A stretch of DNA of 61,499 bases. It comes from a virus (taxonomy: Duplodnaviria > Caudoviricetes). The stretch covers positions 1-61,499 of IMG/VR virus record IMGVR_UViG_3300035701_000030. One strand, given 5' to 3'. Each line of letters opens with the position of its first letter. Within the stretch, counting starts at the first letter, position 1. Below, one piece after another: positions 39,507 through 48,471 of this stretch. The position numbers were made by a program, and so were the translations under genes. The notes under the pieces were generated by a model. It worked only from the letters and a program-made list of their open reading frames with translations. It was not told the DNA's origin and ran no database searches.

Positions 39507-39820
39507 TTATAGTTATCCGTACAGTGTATCTTACAATTACCACAATGGGTACAATGATCCTCATTGCTGTAGGTTAAGTAGGATTTGTCGCAATCATCGC
39601 AGAATCCTACGTTTTCCATATCAATAGTTACAGCCTTAGAATCAATAGAGTTAAAGAGAGCGAGGTTACTGTAACCATCAGACTCATCAGTAACGAAAAG
39701 AATTGATGCCCCGGAGTTATACTTTGTAGCATCATCTAGTGCTGCCCACGCTTGCCGAGCAGCATCCATATGATCTTCTGCCTCATACTCCATTGCCCAC
39801 TCAACTTTGTATAGTGCCAT
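39503..39820 (-). CDS. Hypothetical protein with C-terminal Cys cluster
   Basis: CDDC..CTHCGNC..HC. Confidence 0.5.
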   Translation of the reverse strand: MALYKVEWAMEYEAEDHMDAARQAWAALDDATKYNSGASILFVTDESDGYSNLALFNSIDSKAVTIDMENVGFCDDCDKSYLTYSNEDHCTHCGNCKIHCTDNYK

Positions 39821-40058
39821 CAGCATTAATCCCATATTTAATATCTACGGGCCACTCATTAAGTTGGGATAAGCGATTGTCAAAAAAATCACGGAATCCT
39901 TCGTCCTGCCCGCACGGGGAACAAATCTCTGTTTTGTTATCTACGCGAGATAGAGCACCGGGATATCCTATCGGGAGAGTGTTCCCATTGCAGCGGGGAC
40001 AGGTTACTCTTTCCTCGTAAGGGGGGTTTCGGAATTTTCCGATTCTAACGATTTGCAT
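39801..40058 (-). CDS. Small Zn-binding protein (CPRC..ALSR.DN.T.IC..CG)
   Basis: Recurrent phage motif; SD AAGGA. Confidence 0.6.
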   Translation of the reverse strand: MQIVRIGKFRNPPYEERVTCPRCNGNTLPIGYPGALSRVDNKTEICSPCGQDEGFRDFFDNRLSQLNEWPVDIKYGINADGTIQS

Positions 40059-40188
40059 CTTCCTTAGCCTTTACATCATAGTGCTTTTTACAACGCCAGC
40101 AAATTTCCAAGCTTCCTCGGGAGGTTCCCGGTTTACTTGGATAGGAACAGCGACAATAGGGACATTGACAATCTTTAACCCAGCCCAT
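40045..40188 (-). CDS. 47-aa Zn-finger protein not in track
   Basis: MGWVKDCQCPYC..CWRCKK; SD GAGGAG. Confidence 0.5.
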   Translation of the reverse strand: MGWVKDCQCPYCRCSYPSKPGTSRGSLEICWRCKKHYDVKAKEDANR

Positions 40189-40514
40189 TAAGATAACTCC
40201 TCATTATTAGTGTCTAGTGCGCGCATATCCCCGTGATACCCCTTATGGTTAAATGGGCGGGAACAATAGGCAACCCATCCACAAATCTTGGGGCCATTAT
40301 TACTTGGAGTATTAACCCAGCCTAGATGTGTCGCTGCTTCCATTGCCCCGTTAACGTCTAGTCTTGCGTACAAATCCCCTAAATGGTTCTTAATCGTCTG
40401 ATAAGCACAACCAATATATGTGGCTGCATCTTTCTGCGATCCGGTTATGATAAATGCCTCTAATGCTCTTAGTTGAGCGCGGGTTGGCTGATGTATCTTA
40501 TTGTTAACTACCAC
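40188..40514 (-). CDS. LuxR-type HTH regulator
   Basis: PT.AQL..L..GSQKDAA..IG..QTIKNHL..LY.RL.V...EAA..LGW. Confidence 0.8.
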   Translation of the reverse strand: MVVNNKIHQPTRAQLRALEAFIITGSQKDAATYIGCAYQTIKNHLGDLYARLDVNGAMEAATHLGWVNTPSNNGPKICGWVAYCSRPFNHKGYHGDMRALDTNNEELS

Positions 40515-40532
40515 TTTACTATACTCTTTCTA

Positions 40533-40763
40533 CTAATCTGGAATTTTAAGATAGCCTAATTTAATACAAGCCTCAATATTACTGCTAACTCCTAATCTAT
40601 AGTATAGGTCTGTCATTTGATTTTTTACAGTTTTTATACTTATACCTAGTTCATAAGCAGCCTCTTTCTGAGAGCCACCTGATTTAATCCACGTATTAAA
40701 TATTTCATGTTGTCGTGCGGTTGGAGGTAGGTTTGTATTTCGATATGTTGATCTTTTAGGCAT
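40533..40763 (-). CDS. LuxR-type HTH regulator (paralogue)
   Basis: PTARQHEI..SQKEAAYELGISIKTVKNQM..LY.RLGV. Confidence 0.8.
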   Translation of the reverse strand: MPKRSTYRNTNLPPTARQHEIFNTWIKSGGSQKEAAYELGISIKTVKNQMTDLYYRLGVSSNIEACIKLGYLKIPD

Positions 40764-40764
40764 C

Positions 40765-41205
40765 CTAAATCCTATTAAACAGCCCCGTATTAAACCACGG
40801 AAGTTTAGCAACTTCCTCTGGAATCCAGCGCAAGCCTTTCGACTGGTTAAATTCTTCTTCTGTTATTGGAATCATGTCACAGACATGCGTATCGCCTAGT
40901 TCGCCATCCGGCTCAACTACAGAGTATGCCCTGCCAAATCTAAAACCGTTATCATAATTTGCTTTCATGGAAGCCATCTCCCACTCTAGCTCTTCCTCTG
41001 ATGCCCCTAATTCGGCCTCTGTCGCCCATAATTCTGCTTCAGGGGTAATGTGGCCGAGGATAAGAAAATCTTCGAAGGCGCGCAGCCAGTAGTCGCCGTA
41101 GGTAATGCTATTCTGCCTTGGTGTGGCACGGTTTTTAGCTGCTTCTACACCTCTGCCAATAGCAGCAAACATCTCATCAACATCGTCAAACATTTGTATG
41201 GACAT
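40765..41205 (-). CDS. Hypothetical protein (YS..EPDGELG..H)
   Basis: SD GAGG; acidic. Confidence 0.55.
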   Translation of the reverse strand: MSIQMFDDVDEMFAAIGRGVEAAKNRATPRQNSITYGDYWLRAFEDFLILGHITPEAELWATEAELGASEEELEWEMASMKANYDNGFRFGRAYSVVEPDGELGDTHVCDMIPITEEEFNQSKGLRWIPEEVAKLPWFNTGLFNRI

Positions 41206-41206
41206 T

Positions 41207-41500
41207 TTATGTTGTTTCCTCTTCACGATAGAACTTAATATCTTCCTTTTGTGCTTCGTATAGTGCTTTAATACTAAGCACTTCGTCAACAGTAATGGCC
41301 TGAATTTCCCCGTCTTCAATTTCTGTACCGCAGACGGTACAAACTAGATAGCGCTCATGTAAGGTACAGCACGGGTAGGCTACTCTACAGTAGTCAAAGG
41401 CGGGCTGCCACTCCTCGCAAAAAGAACAAAGTAATTCGTGGGGATAGTTATGCTTTTTGGAAGCATATACTGACCTATATTCGTCCATTATTCCCAGCAC
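41207..41500 (-). CDS. Cys-rich hypothetical protein
   Basis: CSFC, CTVC. Confidence 0.5.
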   Translation of the reverse strand: MLGIMDEYRSVYASKKHNYPHELLCSFCEEWQPAFDYCRVAYPCCTLHERYLVCTVCGTEIEDGEIQAITVDEVLSIKALYEAQKEDIKFYREEETT

Positions 41501-41787
41501 AAGGGTAACTCTTTGTTCTTAAATTTATAAGCGAGGTTATCTATTTCTCTGTCTGTTCTCTCTTGGATAAAATCTTTGCCGCCATACGCTACTGTGCGAT
41601 ATCTATGACGAGGGCAACAGTAGATATTTCTGATGATAAGCCCATTATCAATCATAATATGGAGCCTATCGGGCGGAATATCGTTGCCACAAACGTCACA
41701 TTTTGTGTAATCTTTCAATTGGTATTCCTTAACCATTTGTGCTGTCATTGCTTTCTGATTTGTCCTCATAAGTATGTCGGAAGGCAT
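41488..41787 (-). CDS. Zn-finger protein
   Basis: CDVCG..YCCPRH. Confidence 0.5.
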   Translation of the reverse strand: MPSDILMRTNQKAMTAQMVKEYQLKDYTKCDVCGNDIPPDRLHIMIDNGLIIRNIYCCPRHRYRTVAYGGKDFIQERTDREIDNLAYKFKNKELPLCWE

Positions 41788-41995
41788 CTTCAAGTGCCCT
41801 AGCTATATCTTTCGCAATGATTATCGCATCCAATCTCTTGTCTAGCAACCTAGTATAGACATGGCCGAAAACATTTACCATAATAGCATAGGTTCCAAGG
41901 TCTGTTTCCTTGTAAACCTCTACGCTAAAAGGGACTGTACAACTTGGATTATCAATCAGATATTCTAGTTTCACGTTGCGTATACCACCGTTCAT
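41729..41995 (-). CDS. Hypothetical protein
   Basis: Packed ORF; start uncertain. Confidence 0.45.
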   Translation of the reverse strand: MNGGIRNVKLEYLIDNPSCTVPFSVEVYKETDLGTYAIMVNVFGHVYTRLLDKRLDAIIIAKDIARALEDAFRHTYEDKSESNDSTNG

Positions 41996-42239
41996 ATTTT
42001 GTGCATATATGGCCCCATGCCATACCCGCTGCGTTTCGACTTATGTATCCCTTGTAAAAAAAGTGTCCTTTTATTACTGTAATAATGTAAGGAATCCTTT
42101 CGTAAACTGTCAGCCCATACCATCCGAATCCCTCTCCTCCAACCTCGTCGTAGAGTTTGACAAGAGATTGCTCGTAAATCTTTTGGGCTAATTCCGGTAC
42201 TTCGCAGCCCTCAAAAGATTTAACTTTTGGGCGCTCCAT
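41952..42239 (-). CDS. Hypothetical protein (D.EVG.EGFGWYG)
   Basis: Packed ORF. Confidence 0.5.
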   Translation of the reverse strand: MERPKVKSFEGCEVPELAQKIYEQSLVKLYDEVGGEGFGWYGLTVYERIPYIITVIKGHFFYKGYISRNAAGMAWGHICTKYERWYTQRETRISD

Positions 42240-42512
42240 TTATTCAGGGTTGGGGCCGTCTATTGAAACTCTTTCTTCGAACCATACTATTATCATACCC
42301 TCTTTAGTCTTATGTTTACGAAGCACATACCCATTAATTCTAGCAAATCTATATAGTTTATCTGTGGCTGTATCGATAGGGACCGAAACAGTTTTTCCCT
42401 CCATTAGAGCTATTACTACCGGCAATTTGCCATAATCAGCGGTTCTAAGCCTAGTATTGTCCGGTACTATCTCAAAAGTTACAGATTGTAGGTCTATTTT
42501 ATCAGGGGGCAT
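42240..42512 (-). CDS. Small basic protein, family paralogue A
   Basis: SD AAGGAG; similar to 48065 and 51980 genes. Confidence 0.6.
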   Translation of the reverse strand: MPPDKIDLQSVTFEIVPDNTRLRTADYGKLPVVIALMEGKTVSVPIDTATDKLYRFARINGYVLRKHKTKEGMIIVWFEERVSIDGPNPE

Positions 42513-42524
42513 TTATAATTCTCC

Positions 42525-42752
42525 TTAATTATTGATTAGCTTAGTGGGTGAAAGTTGCACAATAACTTTCATTCCCAAGCCTACAAATTGCTCAAAACAG
42601 TCGTAATCTATAATCAGCGTTCTAGTACTGCGGGGGCTTTTATAAAAGACCTCTGCTTTTTCTATTGTTATGGCTTCCTCGCAAAAGAAACAAAACTCTT
42701 CGGGGGAAGGCTCTGAAAAATTAACGGCAAATGCATATCTAGGGGATGAAAT
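42525..42752 (-). CDS. 75-aa protein with probable ATT start
   Basis: GAGGAGG-6 nt-ATT; open frame fills gap; CFFC..C. Confidence 0.5.
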   Translation of the reverse strand: MSSPRYAFAVNFSEPSPEEFCFFCEEAITIEKAEVFYKSPRSTRTLIIDYDCFEQFVGLGMKVIVQLSPTKLINN

Positions 42753-43752
42753 TTTTAGCCTCCTCTAGTATTCGGGCTTTAAAGGCTTCAATTGATCCAC
42801 CTAATAGCCTACCTTTAGCAGTTCGTTCTACTAATCCCGCTTGAATTAAATACGGTTCAATTTCTTCTTGAACTGTAGTAACATCTGTGGATAGGACTGC
42901 TGCTATATACTGCAATCCTACGGGCCTATCATAGTGAAGTAGTTTTAGGTATTTTCTATCTAGCTCTGTTAAGCCCGATGGATCAATACCAAGTATAGCT
43001 AAGCCGCGCATAACATCCTTCTCATTGATGGGACTTTCTAAAGTAGACTCTACCACAGAGATTTCTCTAATAAAGTCCAGCAAGGATAGGGCATATCTTG
43101 GGTTTAATTTGGCTCTTTCTGCTATGGACTGGGCAGCACTTCCTGTTATATTTATTTTAGACCTTCGTGCTGCTCGTTGAACGATAATTTTTATATTATC
43201 GCTGGTATAGCTACCAAGGTATATGTTTCTAAACCTACTTCTAAAAGCCGCTGGTAGGGCACCGGGATTAGTTGTACAAGCAACTATACGCAAGTTATCT
43301 GAATCAATAAGTAAGTTATAGGTATCTGCCAATTGAGGGGGAATGTTATGGGCCTCATCTACAATATATACAATTTCCTTGGAGGGAACAATAGCTGTAG
43401 CTGCTATACTCCCATCTATGATCTTAATTTTTTTCTTGTGCCTTCTTATAACTAGCTTAGCGAGCGTAGTTTTACCATGCCCGTAAGCGCCTGTTAGGAG
43501 TATATTTGGGATTAGGCGGTTCTCTTTATTAGCTGAATCTACAATAATTTGTAGAACTTCTTTGGCTGATTGTTGCCCCACGAAATCCTTGAAAGTTCTA
43601 GGCTCAAAGGGGTTAGGTTTAAGGTGCGTTTTTTCTACATAGTTAATCTGCTCAATAGGTTTCCAGTTTGATTTATAGGGAGGAATTTCAAAAATGAAGT
43701 TACTCCCTTTGGCAAATTCAAGAATCTCCTCTTGTTGTGTTTTCTTCGCCAC
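42739..43752 (-). CDS. ruvB: RuvB-like branch migration ATPase
   Basis: PRTFKDFVGQ, GAYGHGKTT, IVDEAH, ACTT..RSRF, GID..GL..LDRKYL, PVGL..IA, IEPYLIQ.G..RT.KGR. Confidence 0.88.
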   Translation of the reverse strand: MAKKTQQEEILEFAKGSNFIFEIPPYKSNWKPIEQINYVEKTHLKPNPFEPRTFKDFVGQQSAKEVLQIIVDSANKENRLIPNILLTGAYGHGKTTLAKLVIRRHKKKIKIIDGSIAATAIVPSKEIVYIVDEAHNIPPQLADTYNLLIDSDNLRIVACTTNPGALPAAFRSRFRNIYLGSYTSDNIKIIVQRAARRSKINITGSAAQSIAERAKLNPRYALSLLDFIREISVVESTLESPINEKDVMRGLAILGIDPSGLTELDRKYLKLLHYDRPVGLQYIAAVLSTDVTTVQEEIEPYLIQAGLVERTAKGRLLGGSIEAFKARILEEAKNFIP

Positions 43753-44041
43753 GGGAGCTATTTAACCTCACAATTTTGTCTCCTAGCTCCGGTTTTATGC
43801 AGACGTATTTTGCTACGTCACCATCATCGCTAAGACGGATGATTAAACCGCCGTCGTACTTACAAAGGTCAGAAACATAGCCTAACCTCGCTCTCTTTAA
43901 CTCTACTGATTCTACTTTGACAAGTGTTCCCGGTGATAGTCCTTCGGGAAATACTTTCGGCTCACGCTTTTTACGGGGACGCTTAGGTACTTCTTTTATC
44001 TCGTCAACAAAGTTTGAAACTACCTTGCTGCGTCTACCCAT
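43718..44041 (-). CDS. Hypothetical basic protein (SH3-like?)
   Basis: PGTLVKV..G.V. Confidence 0.5.
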   Translation of the reverse strand: MGRRSKVVSNFVDEIKEVPKRPRKKREPKVFPEGLSPGTLVKVESVELKRARLGYVSDLCKYDGGLIIRLSDDGDVAKYVCIKPELGDKIVRLNSSRGEENTTRGDS

Positions 44042-44291
44042 CTAGTTTATATTCTTCAATGAAAGCATCTAGTTTAACTAGTGTTTCGTCTGTTACGAAC
44101 ACAGGTAGAGGTATTTCATACCCATTTAAGAAAGCCTCCTCAAAGAATTCCTGCATCATTTCTGGTGTAGACTTAACTCTACAGCCGCAATCATCGTTAA
44201 AAGTATGATCTGATCCATCACTAGGATCACACCATACAGATGCTATCATAATTGGAAAGGAGATAGCAAATAAGGCGTGGATATCAGACAT
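44034..44291 (-). CDS. Hypothetical protein
   Basis: Packed ORF. Confidence 0.45.
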   Translation of the reverse strand: MSDIHALFAISFPIMIASVWCDPSDGSDHTFNDDCGCRVKSTPEMMQEFFEEAFLNGYEIPLPVFVTDETLVKLDAFIEEYKLDG

Positions 44292-44616
44292 AGGTTGTTC
44301 CAAATTCCTCATCTATCTGCAACTGTGCCCCTCCCCATCGTTCCGCAGCCTTTCTCCATTCACAGTCCTTTTCGTGGAAGTCTAAACGCTGGCCCGGTTT
44401 ACCGGCGCAGTAAGGGCAGACCAAACCATCCCCTTGTTTTACCACAGGCAACATTAGAGGCGGAAGTAGCTTTGTGTCTAAACAAAAGTTACTCCACGCT
44501 GTTAGGCGTGCCACAAACTCATTAGGAGCGCTATCAGGAACAAGGATAACCATTATGCGCTGATTTTTAGCCAAAAGCGCTAAGGCTGCTACTTCTTCAT
44601 CAGTCATAATATCCAT
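44284..44616 (-). CDS. Hypothetical protein (CPYC..H..DC)
   Basis: Packed ORF. Confidence 0.5.
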   Translation of the reverse strand: MDIMTDEEVAALALLAKNQRIMVILVPDSAPNEFVARLTAWSNFCLDTKLLPPLMLPVVKQGDGLVCPYCAGKPGQRLDFHEKDCEWRKAAERWGGAQLQIDEEFGTTYV

Positions 44617-44821
44617 TAGTAAACTCCCAAAGATGTAAATCCTCGCATATATCCTCCGCAGATTTAATCAAGCCATTAGGTAGAAGTATCTCTAGGGCAG
44701 GATCATTACTATCAATAGCGGCTATTGCTTCATAGGCTGTATCTACGAATACTAGATCAATGGGAGGGTAGTGATTGTACTGTAAATGGTACTCCATTGC
44801 AATCCGATTGTCAATAGCCAT
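44600..44821 (-). CDS. Hypothetical protein (HLQ.NHYPP..LP.G..HL)
   Basis: SD GGAGG; recurrent phage motif. Confidence 0.6.
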   Translation of the reverse strand: MAIDNRIAMEYHLQYNHYPPIDLVFVDTAYEAIAAIDSNDPALEILLPNGLIKSAEDICEDLHLWEFTNGYYD

Positions 44822-44823
44822 CT

Positions 44824-45612
44824 TTATCCTCCGATCTGTTTTGGTCCAACGCTACCACCGTAGCCAGATATGCCCTTCCTGAATTGAAGGCTTTTACCCT
44901 TTTCCATACCCGTACGGTAGGCAGAGTTATTAAACTGTCCACCTGTTCCCCAATGTCCCCTGCTTAATCTACCAAACTCTCCAGAAATATACTCTTTAAT
45001 GGCTGTTGAGTTGGATAGTACAAGGGCATTAATATTGGCTACGTTTCTTAGATCGTTTAGGTTCTTGGTTAGTCTATCTGTTAATGACCTAACCATACCT
45101 AGATAGAAAGATTTCTTCCATACGCGCCCATGCACGGTGCGTAGGCTAGGGTCAGTAAAGAACTCCATGCCGCTTTTATCTTCAACTTCACGGATAGCTA
45201 GGATATCGTTCCATAGCTTTTCTGCTAGGAATTCAATATCGTTAACCAACATCTCGTAGAGGTACTTGGAGATTTCGATGTTAGGCTCTGTGCCAATCCA
45301 ACTGATCTTTTTCCGATAAGGATGATGAATCATCTTACAGAGATTGTTACGCGCAACAGCATCGGCTAACTGGATCTTCCAGCGTACTTCCTGTAGCCCG
45401 TTAGGGCTTTGATGGCCGGTATAATACTGGCGCGTAATCTTTTCTGCCTTTGATCTAAAGGCATCTAGTTCCGACTCTGATAGGTTATAGTGCAAAAGCA
45501 GCTCCTGCGCTTTGGCAGCAGCCGCTTCTGATTCATGTGGGTTCGGGTTCTTTCGTGCTAGAGCAAATAGCTTTTTGATCTTTAAGATGATCGCTTCTTT
45601 GTCATCAGTCAT
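44824..45612 (-). CDS. DUF2786 domain protein
   Basis: KIKKLFALA..NPHE..AA..KAQELL..YNL; W...LA..VA; SF..G. Confidence 0.8.
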   Translation of the reverse strand: MTDDKEAIILKIKKLFALARKNPNPHESEAAAAKAQELLLHYNLSESELDAFRSKAEKITRQYYTGHQSPNGLQEVRWKIQLADAVARNNLCKMIHHPYRKKISWIGTEPNIEISKYLYEMLVNDIEFLAEKLWNDILAIREVEDKSGMEFFTDPSLRTVHGRVWKKSFYLGMVRSLTDRLTKNLNDLRNVANINALVLSNSTAIKEYISGEFGRLSRGHWGTGGQFNNSAYRTGMEKGKSLQFRKGISGYGGSVGPKQIGG

Positions 45613-45826
45613 TAAACTGACTTTCTACAAATTCCGCTACTACTACATCCATACTAAAAGGGTTTTGCAAATCGGTTACATCTTCAATCATGTATTCTCT
45701 ACATCGCTTAAAGACTTCCTCATCACTAGGAGGATTATCTTCGTCCTCTTCCCCCCACCAAAAGGTGTCTTTATTATAATAGAGGGTAATACTACACTTA
45801 ACTAGGTGTTTACTCTTTATAACCAT
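45605..45826 (-). CDS. Hypothetical acidic protein
   Basis: Packed ORF. Confidence 0.45.
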   Translation of the reverse strand: MVIKSKHLVKCSITLYYNKDTFWWGEEDEDNPPSDEEVFKRCREYMIEDVTDLQNPFSMDVVVAEFVESQFND

Positions 45827-46073
45827 TTGAAGTATCTTCCCTTGGTCGATAAAGGCCAGTACTACCTTGTAGGTAGTAACTAGAACGGGCCTTTTCCATA
45901 TCCTTTAGAAAGTCAAGTGTTCCTAATGCGCTATGATTCTTACGTCCCGAAGTAGAAAAGCGGTGGGGGTGAAATTCCTCCGCTGTTCCTGTAAAGTTTC
46001 CACAGGTACAGACTACAATGTTGTCTGTAGCATTGTATTCTGCAACTCTATGGCCTGTCTTTTTTAGGGTCAT
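45810..46073 (-). CDS. Hypothetical protein (H..CTCG..H)
   Basis: ATGA coupling. Confidence 0.5.
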   Translation of the reverse strand: MTLKKTGHRVAEYNATDNIVVCTCGNFTGTAEEFHPHRFSTSGRKNHSALGTLDFLKDMEKARSSYYLQGSTGLYRPREDTSNGYKE

Positions 46074-46684
46074 CTAAAATCCTTAGTTTTGACCTTAACA
46101 ATAATGCGCTGGCCTGACCTATCTAGCAGGGGAATCTCTGGCTGACCAACCATACCCTCTGCCTTAAAATCGCCCCAAGAGGATTTAAATCCGTCTGCTA
46201 CTACGGCAATAGCGTCATCTATTGTACCAACAAAGACGATAGGAACAATCTGTAGGTCAAGTTTAGCAGCAATCTCTTCCATGTTATCTCGCTTAAGCCA
46301 CCAGCGGCCTATGCGGATATCAAAGAGAACAAACCGCTGATCTAGCGAATAGTTTTCTCCACCTTTCTGAATACCCTTTCCATGTCCCTCTCCGTAGAGA
46401 CAGGCTGGACCAACATCAAAAACTTCTGCAAGCCGTTCGGTTAGATCGTGGGCATCTAGATTGTTTAGAAGTTTAGTGGGGATTTGTGCCTTTTCAGTTT
46501 TGCCACCAAAACGCAAACCTTGCTCATCCCACATTAAGCGAATATTCGTACCATCGACTTTCTCTGTCCAAATCCAGATCAAGTCTTTCAAGTATTCAAA
46601 TTCAGGCTTAGCATAATCGCCTATGATAAAATTACCGCGCTCATCGCGCTTATAGATAGAATCAATGTGGGGATATTCGTTCAT
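46070..46684 (-). CDS. RNA ligase, Rnl2-type adenylation domain
   Basis: YPHI, TEKVDGTN (motif I), LYGE, FVLFDI, EGMV, IVKVK. Confidence 0.85.
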   Translation of the reverse strand: MNEYPHIDSIYKRDERGNFIIGDYAKPEFEYLKDLIWIWTEKVDGTNIRLMWDEQGLRFGGKTEKAQIPTKLLNNLDAHDLTERLAEVFDVGPACLYGEGHGKGIQKGGENYSLDQRFVLFDIRIGRWWLKRDNMEEIAAKLDLQIVPIVFVGTIDDAIAVVADGFKSSWGDFKAEGMVGQPEIPLLDRSGQRIIVKVKTKDFR

Positions 46685-46914
46685 CGCAATATGCAGCCTT
46701 TATGGGGATTAGAGTGATATCTAATTTGCTGATCGCACCGGGAAAGATCCAAGAGATATAAATTTTGGGATCTTAAATAATCAAGAAACTCTTCTGCCAC
46801 ATAATCGTCGGGGGCAGAGGAGTCTGGTAGATCGTATTCTTCTCGCATATGCCTAAAAGTTTCTGCAAATTCAGCAACTACTAGAGGATCAATCTCTAGT
46901 ATTCTCTCGTTCAT
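46681..46914 (-). CDS. Hypothetical protein (ends HS.PH.GCILR)
   Basis: SD AAGGAG. Confidence 0.5.
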   Translation of the reverse strand: MNERILEIDPLVVAEFAETFRHMREEYDLPDSSAPDDYVAEEFLDYLRSQNLYLLDLSRCDQQIRYHSNPHKGCILR

Positions 46915-47366
46915 ACGAAAAGATACTCCTTATCTTCCAACTCTTTTTCCCACCTAGTTTCCCACTCATCTGCTTGTTTTTTACTCTTAGGGGCGCCATT
47001 TGGGTAAATACCTGAATACTTACTCATGTGATTACGCGTTAGTTGTATATAGGTATGCCAAAGAGTTGGCTTTATGCCATCATTTAGCCAGCCAAAAGTA
47101 ACAGCGCCCCACCTAGGCTTACAAGTAGACTTAATACCGTCCTCAAAGATACCCTCCCAAAACGCATAGATATATTGTAGGACGGGCCATCGCATCCAAG
47201 GAATAGTTCTGTACATTTTAAATGTAATGTCTAGGACTTTTCTGCGCCTTTTAATGTTTCTCTGTTCTCGGGGCGAAAGGCTGTTAAACCATTTATCAGA
47301 GTCCCAACGATAGCGGGTAGGCTTACCGTCAGCATCAAACTCTACTGGCTCAGTAAAATCGTTCAT
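46911..47366 (-). CDS. Hypothetical protein
   Basis: ATGA coupling. Confidence 0.55.
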   Translation of the reverse strand: MNDFTEPVEFDADGKPTRYRWDSDKWFNSLSPREQRNIKRRRKVLDITFKMYRTIPWMRWPVLQYIYAFWEGIFEDGIKSTCKPRWGAVTFGWLNDGIKPTLWHTYIQLTRNHMSKYSGIYPNGAPKSKKQADEWETRWEKELEDKEYLFV

Positions 47367-47512
47367 GGTCTGTCCGTATTCTCTAGCATATAGAGAATAT
47401 CCAGCAAAATAGCTATAGTTGCTGAATCAATATCGCCATCTAGCCCACGAACAGCATCCCACAGAAAATCCTCTAGCGTAGATTTCTGTTGCTCATTCAA
47501 CTCTAAATTCAT
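47363..47512 (-). CDS. 49-aa protein not in track
   Basis: MNLELNEQQKSTLEDFLW..; fills gap. Confidence 0.45.
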   Translation of the reverse strand: MNLELNEQQKSTLEDFLWDAVRGLDGDIDSATIAILLDILYMLENTDRP

Positions 47513-47867
47513 TTCTATCCCCTATCTGGTGAAGTTCCTTTAGTTTCCCCCCTACAAAGTAGGCTGAAAATTCAAACCATTCTTCGGGATTTTCCTTTGC
47601 GGTGGCGTAAAATATAACCTCTCCCGTCATAAGCACGGGCATCCAGCGTTTGTTAACCCGCGTTATTGTCCCCCAAAATTTACGTAAACCCTCCGCATTT
47701 GGATCACTACGATCTTCGGTATCATAATCTTCGTGCCAAAGCGTGCCATCTTCCCGAATCTCGTAGTTATCAAGATAGCATACTAATGATTTAGTCTGAA
47801 AATTTAAATCATTAGCTCCCTCTATAGGCAGGGGATATAGGCATTTAAGATCGTCAAACAGTCCCAT
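47493..47867 (-). CDS. Conserved-type phage protein (MGLFD.LKC.YPLP..FQTK)
   Basis: Recurrent motif; SD AAGGA. Confidence 0.6.
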   Translation of the reverse strand: MGLFDDLKCLYPLPIEGANDLNFQTKSLVCYLDNYEIREDGTLWHEDYDTEDRSDPNAEGLRKFWGTITRVNKRWMPVLMTGEVIFYATAKENPEEWFEFSAYFVGGKLKELHQIGDRNEFRVE

Positions 47868-48054
47868 CTTGATTATCCTTTATTATTCTTGCGATTATAC
47901 GCAGTAACTCCCCAAGGGGTATGGTATCAAGACCATCCTTTTGGAGTTGAGATAACTCCATACGCAGCGGAGTTATAGGAACTATTCGGTTATTATAGTC
48001 GTTGAACGAAGAGGCTTCCCCCTTTTCTGGAGGAAGCCTCTTTTTTGTTGTCAT
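47854..48054 (-). CDS. Hypothetical protein
   Basis: SD AAGGA. Confidence 0.5.
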   Translation of the reverse strand: MTTKKRLPPEKGEASSFNDYNNRIVPITPLRMELSQLQKDGLDTIPLGELLRIIARIIKDNQDGTV

Positions 48055-48064
48055 TAATTTCCTT

Positions 48065-48412
48065 TTACGATTTCAACGCTTCCTCAGGGAGCGTGGTATA
48101 CCACGTTGGGCGCGCTACCGGAGTCGCCGCATGAACCAGTTCCATTTCTGCAACTGGCTCAGAGATTACTTCAAATTGGACAACAGGCTGCTTTGACCAA
48201 ACAACATAGCCATTGTCACGCTTACTGGCAGTAATCTTTTTAACTCCACGCGAAGCAAGGGCTGTTCGAATAACGCTACAATACTTGGCAGAAATAAAGA
48301 CGGTCTTATCGTTCTTGATAAGATCGGCAATATCGTCCCACCTGTTGCGCGTCTTTTGAATTGCACGATGACGCTCACTGTTGCCAACGACTTTGAAGGT
48401 AATCGAACGCAT
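48065..48412 (-). CDS. Small basic protein, family paralogue B
   Basis: SD GGAG; ITFKVV..KTVFI..RG..GYVVW. Confidence 0.6.
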   Translation of the reverse strand: MRSITFKVVGNSERHRAIQKTRNRWDDIADLIKNDKTVFISAKYCSVIRTALASRGVKKITASKRDNGYVVWSKQPVVQFEVISEPVAEMELVHAATPVARPTWYTTLPEEALKS

Positions 48413-48424
48413 TTCTTTTCTCCA

Positions 48425-48463
48425 AAACTAAATTAGGGGACCGGAAAAATTCCGGTCCCCTAA
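48425..48463 (-). terminator. Rho-independent terminator
   Basis: TTAGGGGACCGGAA-TTT-TTCCGGTCCCCTAA then TTTAGTTTT on minus strand. Confidence 0.8.
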
Positions 48464-48471
48464 CAATGAAA

